From positions 3,669-67,668 of IMG/VR virus record IMGVR_UViG_3300036985_008365: DNA of 64,000 bases; one strand, given 5' to 3'. Both the position numbers and the translations under genes were made by a program. Positions 57,685-64,000 of this stretch are shown in pieces (positions within the stretch are counted from its first letter, which is position 1; each line of letters starts with the position of its first letter). The notes under the pieces are model-generated. The model saw only the letters and a list, made by a program, of their open reading frames with translations. It made no database searches and was not told the origin of the DNA. This DNA is from a virus.

Positions 57685-57959
57685 TTTTCTTCATTTTTTT
57701 TAGCATACGCAAAACTTCATCGTTGTGGCGTTTAATTTCCAAATACTTTCTCGCTTGTTCTGAAAAAAAATTATGCTCCCACTCATAAAAACATATTAAG
57801 GTACAAATACCTTTCATTGTTGTACAATCAGGGTGGTGGTTTCGAATATCTATCGCAATGGAGTAAAAATTAAGAATACCATATTTTTCTTTGTAAAAAA
57901 TGCTGTCGGGACGGTGCTTTGTTTTTGCTATCATTACGTTTGTGTCAGTGATAAAATAT

Positions 57960-57985
57960 GCACCCCAACTCTTCAGTCGGGGTGC
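57960..57985 (-). terminator. Hairpin downstream of the ParB-like gene
   Basis: On the - strand GCACCCCGACU-GAAG-AGUUGGGGUGC, followed by AUAUUUU. Confidence 0.55.
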
Positions 57986-58002
57986 TTCTTTTCGTGAATA
58001 TT

Positions 58003-58902
58003 TTATTGGTCTTCATTTTCGTCCTCGTCGTCTTCGTCAGATTCGGGGTCTAACTCTATATTCCAAACCGTACCACTCGCGCCACCTTCAAACAAGAACA
58101 AAAGGTCACTAACTCCCGCCTCCTTATCCTTTGCCATAGTCACTAATTCAACAAGCAAGTCCACCTTTGAATTTTGAATGTTGTCCTTGTCCAACTCCTC
58201 AATTAAGGCATCAAGTTTTTGAATTGGGGTCAACCTTTTTTCTTTGCTCACATTCTTTGCCGTGGCTTTTTTTATTTGACCCTCTTCAGCGCCCTTTTGT
58301 GCGTTTTCAATGGCTTCTTGAACCAAGTCGAACTGTTCTTGCTCGTCGTCGGTAATCTTAACAATCTCCATTACAGCCCCACCCGAAATATAGCCCTCTA
58401 CGATGAGGTTTTTTATTCGCTTGGACAACTGTGACAAATTGTACAAATAGTAGCCGTAGGGAAGCGACCTACCCATTTTTTTAGCCACCTCTTCAACCTT
58501 GTACCCAAATCCAACTAAACGGCTTACAGCGTCCGACTGCTCAACATCATTAAGGGGCTTTTGACCCGTGCCCGTAACCAACATTGAAAAGATTCTGTCC
58601 TCTTCGTTTCCTGAAAACAAAATAACGTCGACATAACGAATATCGTGTCCGTGGTCAATAGCAATCATTATTGCTTGAAGTCGGCGGTGTCCGTCGATTA
58701 TTTCATACTTATCCTGACCCGTAATTTTCTTTGCTTTCAGTGGAACTTGCAAGCCTACTGATACAATTGATTCTGATAGGGCGAGTAAGTCGCCCATATC
58801 AATACGTACATTAAACCCGTCCTTAACAACAAGGTTTCGGGGGTCAACCTTTAAAATAGCGGTTGAGTTTTTTGTCTTTAAAATTTGATTTTCTGTATTC
58901 AT
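58003..58902 (-). CDS. ParB/Srx-domain protein with HTH
   Basis: GFNVR..LSESI..GLQVPL..IIDGHRRLQA; EVAKKMGRS. Confidence 0.85.
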   Translation of the reverse strand: MNTENQILKTKNSTAILKVDPRNLVVKDGFNVRIDMGDLLALSESIVSVGLQVPLKAKKITGQDKYEIIDGHRRLQAIMIAIDHGHDIRYVDVILFSGNEEDRIFSMLVTGTGQKPLNDVEQSDAVSRLVGFGYKVEEVAKKMGRSLPYGYYLYNLSQLSKRIKNLIVEGYISGGAVMEIVKITDDEQEQFDLVQEAIENAQKGAEEGQIKKATAKNVSKEKRLTPIQKLDALIEELDKDNIQNSKVDLLVELVTMAKDKEAGVSDLLFLFEGGASGTVWNIELDPESDEDDEDENEDQ

Positions 58903-58925
58903 AACTTTTGATTTTTAGCGTATTT

Positions 58926-60578
58926 TTATTTATTAAACCAACCCTTCTTTTTGTTGTCTTGTAGCATAACAGTAACCGATTGTATTGCGCTAACAAGCAT
59001 CTCTATTCGGTTTTCAAGTGATTCTATTTTTGTTGCAAGAAAGTGAATTTTGCCTTCGTTGTGCTCAATTTTTCTTTCAAGCGTCAATTCACTATTCGAA
59101 CAAAGGTGAGCAAGTTTTTCTATTGAGTCTTCGTTTTTATTTATTACGTGACCTAATTGATTAACAGTGTCGTCGCTACGACCTATCATACCAACCACCT
59201 TATCCAATTGTGCTTTAATCTGAAAGATATGGTCATTTGATAATTTTAGTCTGTCCTTCACGTCTACAAAATGGTCAAACACGTAAGACTTTAAGTTAAA
59301 CCCATCGTCGTCATTCAACTCTTTGAGTATTTGCTTCATTTGAGTCTTTTGTTCAGTGCTCGGAAAGAAACCTCTATCTACGAGCAAGTCCTTTGCTAAA
59401 AACTCTTCGAGAGCACTCCATTTATCAAGTCTAACTTTCATTGCATAGTGGTTGCACACATCAACTAATTCACGATAAGTATAAGGAGTAAGTTTAGATA
59501 TTTTAACCACTAAATCACTATAATCTTCATGACTATTTTCCCATAGTTTTTGAAGAACTTTTGTAAGCATTGAGGCATAAGCCTCGACTTCTGATTGAAG
59601 TGCTTTTTTCTCCCATTTTTCCACTTTTATTTTTTCGGAAAGTGAGATTGGCTCTTTATGTAAAGGCTTAAATGATTCAAGTAATTTCTCGGTCGAGGTA
59701 GGTTCGCTCGGTGCAGAACTCCATTTTTTGCCCAAAACTACGTCAGCCTCAATATTAGTCTTCAGGTCTTTAATACTATCAGACAAAACAGATTGAAAGC
59801 GTTTAACAAAGTCTTGATTTTCCTCCGATATTAACAAGTCTTGGTATTTAGGGTCAATCGAAATAAGTGTATCGAATACTTCAGTAAAAAAATTGTCAAC
59901 CGTGAGTTGCCCATGTTTTGCTTTTAACAAAACGCTCGCTATTGCTTTATCAAGAACTTCATTAGATAGTTCCGACATTGACTTTTCAGTTTGTTCATTC
60001 CAAGCGTCAGTTATACCTTTTGCAAAGCCTTCTCGCTCAAGTCTATCAGATAAATATTCCACCGCTTGTGAACTTGCATCCTCCACTCGTCCCTTCATTA
60101 ATGAATCAGAGAGAGCGCTAACGGTTCTGTCCATTTCAGACTTTAAGTGTTCAGCATCCTCTTTAGCCTTCAACTTGTTCGCTTTAAGGCGCTCTTGATA
60201 CTTGTCATTATATTTTTTTGAAGATTTTGCTCCTCGGGCTTTACGGCACTCATCCGAGCAAACTTTTGTTACTTGAACAATACTATCGTCAACAAAACTT
60301 TTACCACATTCTACACACTCTTTTTGTACATTCTTTTTCATCGGTTTGATTTTTTTTTGGTAGACCTCTCCGTTTTCTCTTTTAACCGTTACAGCCTCAA
60401 GTGCGGATTTTTTTCTGTTTAAAATAATTTGATTGATTTGGTGCTCTGACTCTTCCATGGTTGAAAGATTCTCGCGAAGGCATTTCGCTCCTTCCCAAAC
60501 GAAGTAAAGATTTGCCCTTGACTTTTGGATACTAAAATCCTTTTTACCGCCGTTGCGGTACTTTTTGACAGTAATCAT
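58926..60578 (-). CDS. Large coiled-coil protein with Zn-ribbon
   Basis: CVECGKSF..CSDEC; C-terminal KKKGWF. Confidence 0.6.
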   Translation of the reverse strand: MITVKKYRNGGKKDFSIQKSRANLYFVWEGAKCLRENLSTMEESEHQINQIILNRKKSALEAVTVKRENGEVYQKKIKPMKKNVQKECVECGKSFVDDSIVQVTKVCSDECRKARGAKSSKKYNDKYQERLKANKLKAKEDAEHLKSEMDRTVSALSDSLMKGRVEDASSQAVEYLSDRLEREGFAKGITDAWNEQTEKSMSELSNEVLDKAIASVLLKAKHGQLTVDNFFTEVFDTLISIDPKYQDLLISEENQDFVKRFQSVLSDSIKDLKTNIEADVVLGKKWSSAPSEPTSTEKLLESFKPLHKEPISLSEKIKVEKWEKKALQSEVEAYASMLTKVLQKLWENSHEDYSDLVVKISKLTPYTYRELVDVCNHYAMKVRLDKWSALEEFLAKDLLVDRGFFPSTEQKTQMKQILKELNDDDGFNLKSYVFDHFVDVKDRLKLSNDHIFQIKAQLDKVVGMIGRSDDTVNQLGHVINKNEDSIEKLAHLCSNSELTLERKIEHNEGKIHFLATKIESLENRIEMLVSAIQSVTVMLQDNKKKGWFNK

Positions 60579-60846
60579 TTTTTGTTAGATTTTGGTTTTT
60601 GTTTAACTGTTTTTAACGTCTTTGCTTCTTCAACACAATACGCAAATAAGACGATTTCCAAGGTGACGTCTGTATCGCATTTGTCACAGCGGAAATTAGC
60701 CCTCGATTTTCTATGCCAAGTTGACTCACAGCACATAGTTTTAACCGTTAAATAATCCATTGTTAGCGTATTTTTTGAATTAACTACGGGACAAATATAC
60801 AACAAAAAAGATAAGTTGTTGTATTTTGTTGTAATTTTTTAAGAAG

Positions 60847-61245
60847 TTAAATATTTATTCCTTTTTTAAGACTATTCCTCTTCAGGTTTTCCGCCCTTGA
60901 AATGGCTTCAAGATTAGAGGGGTCGTCATTGTACTTATCTCCGTCTGTGTGAATAACCACATAACCTTTTGGTATTTCGCCAAAGTGCTCTTCATAGACT
61001 TTTCGGGGTCTACGAACTCTTTTGTTCACTCCAACATATTCATAAGCACAGTCATTTTGAGGCATTTGAACACCACCTTTCCAAGACGGGTGACTTTCAG
61101 CAACTAACCCCCCAACTTTGAACTCTGTTTCGGGTGAGGGTCGGAAATCACTCCGACCCTTATTCCACGTTTCATGTCCTGAAACAAATTGCCCTTTATT
61201 ATTCCTCATTTTGGGGTAAATTAAGCCTATCTTTAACCTCTTCAA
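60847..61245 (-). CDS. HNH homing endonuclease-like protein
   Basis: GEIPKGYVVIHTDGDKYNDDPSNLEAISRAEN; HETWNKG and HPSWKGG repeats. Confidence 0.8.
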   Translation of the reverse strand: MKRLKIGLIYPKMRNNKGQFVSGHETWNKGRSDFRPSPETEFKVGGLVAESHPSWKGGVQMPQNDCAYEYVGVNKRVRRPRKVYEEHFGEIPKGYVVIHTDGDKYNDDPSNLEAISRAENLKRNSLKKGINI

Positions 61246-61742
61246 TAGTTATCACTCCGCAATCTTCTTGGGGTATTGAATACAAAAATACCTCTGACCC
61301 ACGCAGACCGAGAAACGCGGTTTGTAAATCAAAATCAATCATGACCTTCAATATGCCCGTCAATTGCTCATCAGTGTATTTATCGAGGCTTTCTTTTGCA
61401 TATTCCGCTATGACTTCTACAGCGGTTTCGGGTTGCTCGGCGGTAGTCACCTCTTCGTAGAAGTCTAATTCGTCCTCATCAACTTGCACAAGTGCTTTAG
61501 CCACCTCGTCCATAGGAAGCCTATTGATTGTTACGTTACCCGCTTCCAATTCATTTGCTTTTTCAGCATTTTGTTGTTCAATTGTTTTGCTTAATGGAGC
61601 GGTCGCTTCAGCAATTGGCTCATTGGCAACAACAGCATCGGTTGTAATTTCCTCACTGACCGTAGGTGTGTTTTCAGTGCTCATTGGGTTGAAAACTAAT
61701 TCAGGCATTTGTTCAACAGCCCCTTGTTTTTTAGGGGTGCTT

Positions 61743-62123
61743 TTACTCGACTGTTTTTTCGATTGGTTCTTCTTTACTCTCATTTGTTTTTTGATTTTTG
61801 CTATTTGAATTTAACTTTAATTGCTTTGTAATTTCCTCGTCAGACGGAGGTGTTGGCATAGGCATCCAATGTGTGACAATTTTATTTGAATCTTCACTCG
61901 GAATCAGGTCTCCTAAATCACCCTCGAGCCACTCGCCGTCTTCGTCAAAGTGTCCATAATCTACATAGCCCTTTCCATTCTTTCGGGTGTGTACATAAAT
62001 CAACACTTGGTCTGACTCTAATAGGTATCTTGTCGGGTCTTCATCCTCATCAAAGAGAATATCGGTTTTGTTTTTACATTCAGGAAGCGCTTCGCCCACT
62101 GCAATCCATTTTCCAATCTCCAT
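61743..62123 (-). CDS. DUF551-like phage protein
   Basis: WIAVGEALP..VTHWMPMPTPP. Confidence 0.8.
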   Translation of the reverse strand: MEIGKWIAVGEALPECKNKTDILFDEDEDPTRYLLESDQVLIYVHTRKNGKGYVDYGHFDEDGEWLEGDLGDLIPSEDSNKIVTHWMPMPTPPSDEEITKQLKLNSNSKNQKTNESKEEPIEKTVE

Positions 62124-62946
62124 TTTTATTGGTTTTAATTTTTGTTAATTTTAATTACTTTCAGGCAGATAGCCCCAATATGCTACATCGTCAGCAAAAA
62201 GAAAATCCCCGCTGTCTTCAAATCCAATGAAAAACATTTTTTCTGAATCTATCCACAAACCTTCGTGAATATTTCTACAGTGAGCGCAAGTAAACCAAAG
62301 TCTCTTGCCTTCTGAATCAATGTTTGGCTTGGCTACTTTAGCATTAAAGCCGTCAATTTTAGGGTTAATTTTTGTTGTCATTTTAGATTGATTTATTGTG
62401 AATATAAAGAGGTATAAAGCCGTATTTTTTTTGGAACTGTATCAAAGCGCTCCCCATACTAACTGCATGAATGTTTACACATTTTGTCAAAGGTACTTTC
62501 GCCTCGGGGTAGTAAATAATATGAAAAATTTGTTTTGCTGTCTTCTCCATGGTTTTAGTTTTGAATGGTTTTTCGGTATTTTAAATAAAGGTCAAGGTTG
62601 AACTGACCGCGTATGACTTTGTTATCTTTTGGTGTGTCGGGCTCGCAATTCATCCAAAAATTGAGCATCCGTTTCTCTTGCCAAGTTAATGGAATAAAAT
62701 GATTTTCCATTTGTTCAGGCACTCGGCGATTGGGCTGTCTCCAACGCATTGATTTGTTTTTTTGGGGCAAGCACGGGCTCTTGCGCAATATAAATTTCAT
62801 CCACTTCATCCTTCACTTTATCAAAAAATGATTCTGCATTTTCTTGCGAAGAAAACCCAAAAATCTCTCTTTGCTCATCAATGACAACAGCGACAAGCCA
62901 TACCTTTTCTTTTGCTTCTTTTTTCATAGCGTATTTATAAAAAATT

Positions 62947-62972
62947 GCGCGGTGACGGAGACGCGCCCCTCC
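62947..62972 (-). promoter_or_regulatory. 5'-UTR H-type pseudoknot, copy 1
   Basis: GGAG-GG-GCGCG-U-CUCC-GUCAC-CGCGC, about 20 nt before ATG 62927. Confidence 0.55.
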
Positions 62973-62977
62973 ATTAA

Positions 62978-63316
62978 CTATAATTTTAAACTTTGAGTGT
63001 GGCGCTTTAAAAACTGTGCGCGAGTCAGGGTGCTCGAGTTGGTGTGAAGCCCAATCATCCGCTTTATGTCCTCTTCAGTAATGTACGCGGGCTGTTTGTC
63101 ACGGTAGAAAAAAGCCCCGTGGATTCTTTCAAGCAAACGGACGCGACCATAGAAGCGCTCCCAATTCTTTTCAGTAATCTCTCGCATACCGACCGCCATA
63201 GTCAGTGTAATAATTGTTTCAGGCACGTGAAGCATTTTCTGATAGCCCTCTTTGTCTGTCGGTGAGAAAAGTTCTCCCCAATCTTTGACCTCTGTTAAAT
63301 CCCAATTTAATGGCAT
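62978..63316 (-). CDS. Conserved phage protein (MPLNWDL start)
   Basis: Probable start at 63316; TMAVGMREITEKNW.RFY.R. Confidence 0.65.
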   Translation of the reverse strand: MPLNWDLTEVKDWGELFSPTDKEGYQKMLHVPETIITLTMAVGMREITEKNWERFYGRVRLLERIHGAFFYRDKQPAYITEEDIKRMIGLHTNSSTLTRAQFLKRHTQSLKL

Positions 63317-63333
63317 AGCGTATTTATTAACTT

Positions 63334-63359
63334 GCGCGGTAACGGAGTCGCGCCCCTCC
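63334..63359 (-). promoter_or_regulatory. 5'-UTR H-type pseudoknot, copy 2
   Basis: GGAG-GG-GCGCG-A-CUCC-GUUAC-CGCGC, about 18 nt before ATG 63316. Confidence 0.55.
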
Positions 63360-64000
63360 TTGTTTTCCCGAACCGTATGTTGTATCGGATAGGGCAAAGA
63401 TAATTGATAAAATGACAATTGCAAATTTTTCTGAAAAAAAGTTACAACTAATTCCAACTCGCTTGCATTTTAAGGATAGCGTATGCGTATTCAAAGTGGC
63501 TGTACTGACTCAAGTCGAGTTTAAATTGTCGCTCGATGATTCTCAAGCACGGGAGCAATTCGCGCATATCAGTCGAGTTAACTGACTCATTTGCAAAATT
63601 AGTGAACGCCACATTTGCTAACACAGTGGGAGTGGCAATTTTAGAGGTTTTCTTGTTGTCCATATCAAATAATTTTCATTGTTTACTTGTACAAATATAC
63701 AACTTTTTTAATACAACATGACCAACAAGCAAAAAAGTTATTAACATTTGTTTATTTCTATTTGAGCGAAATGAACACGAAATGAACAACCATAAACAAC
63801 CGAAAGAAAACTAAAAAATTTCTCGGGCACGCAACAATTAAGGCAGATAAAATTGATTAAAGCAATTACAACAAAATATGCCTTGAATAAAGAAAATTGA
63901 AGAAAATGAGAAAACTGATTTAATTGAATAAAATAAGAAAGATAAAGAAGTAAAAAGAGAAATCAAGAAATCAAGGCAGATAAAATTAAAGAAAAGAGGG

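Larger units (their letters stand above)
45226..63663 (-). other. Dense leftward array of roughly 45 small phage genes (early/host-takeover type)
   Basis: Head-to-tail ORFs with overlapping start/stop codons; TATATTTG promoters on the - strand at 48824-48831, 53572-53579, 60792-60799 and 63692-63699. Confidence 0.75.

Noticed and set aside
610-63721. Numerous short antisense and alternate-frame ORFs in the track
   Set aside because: They are shadows of longer coding genes with no motifs or start context.
1-64000. Tailed phage (Caudoviricetes) or cellular chromosome
   Set aside because: No recognisable terminase, portal, tail or housekeeping genes in the window. Such genes could lie outside it, so a tailed phage is disfavoured rather than excluded.
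1-64000. Eukaryotic NCLDV or virophage origin suggested by the A32-like ATPase, GG motifs and annexins
   Set aside because: Holin, peptidoglycan hydrolases, overlapping operonic genes and TAnnTTTG promoters indicate a Bacteroidota host.
63700-64000. A-rich end with repeated AAGGCAGATAAAATT as genome terminus or origin
   Set aside because: Only two copies and truncated by the window edge; cannot be supported here.

Overview
This window is best read as part of a large dsDNA virus of a Bacteroidota host: there are several TAnnTTTG promoters, A-rich start regions without Shine-Dalgarno sequences, and no cellular housekeeping genes. It has two convergent arms. The + arm (1-45138) carries four modular polyprotein-like ORFs punctuated by about 33 [YF]xxGG motifs, then an FtsK/HerA (A32/P9-like) packaging ATPase, candidate single jelly-roll capsid proteins, more than 30 single-pass membrane proteins, an HExxH protease candidate, duplicated beta-helix spikes, annexin-like proteins and a holin/endolysin set. 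The - arm (45226-63663) is a dense array of small early-type genes (HAD, ABC-GNAT, ParB, HNH, PD-(D/E)xK nuclease). I recognised no terminase, portal, HK97 capsid, tail tube, tRNA or CRISPR array. The main hypothesis is a large tailless, internal-membrane phage that matures by proteolysis at two Gly-ending motifs and packages cleavable multi-effector polyproteins. Other signals are apparent total avoidance of GCNGC/GGNCC/CCNGG, a recurring 14-bp palindrome and a duplicated 5'-UTR pseudoknot. All family calls come from motif recognition by eye; no searches were run.
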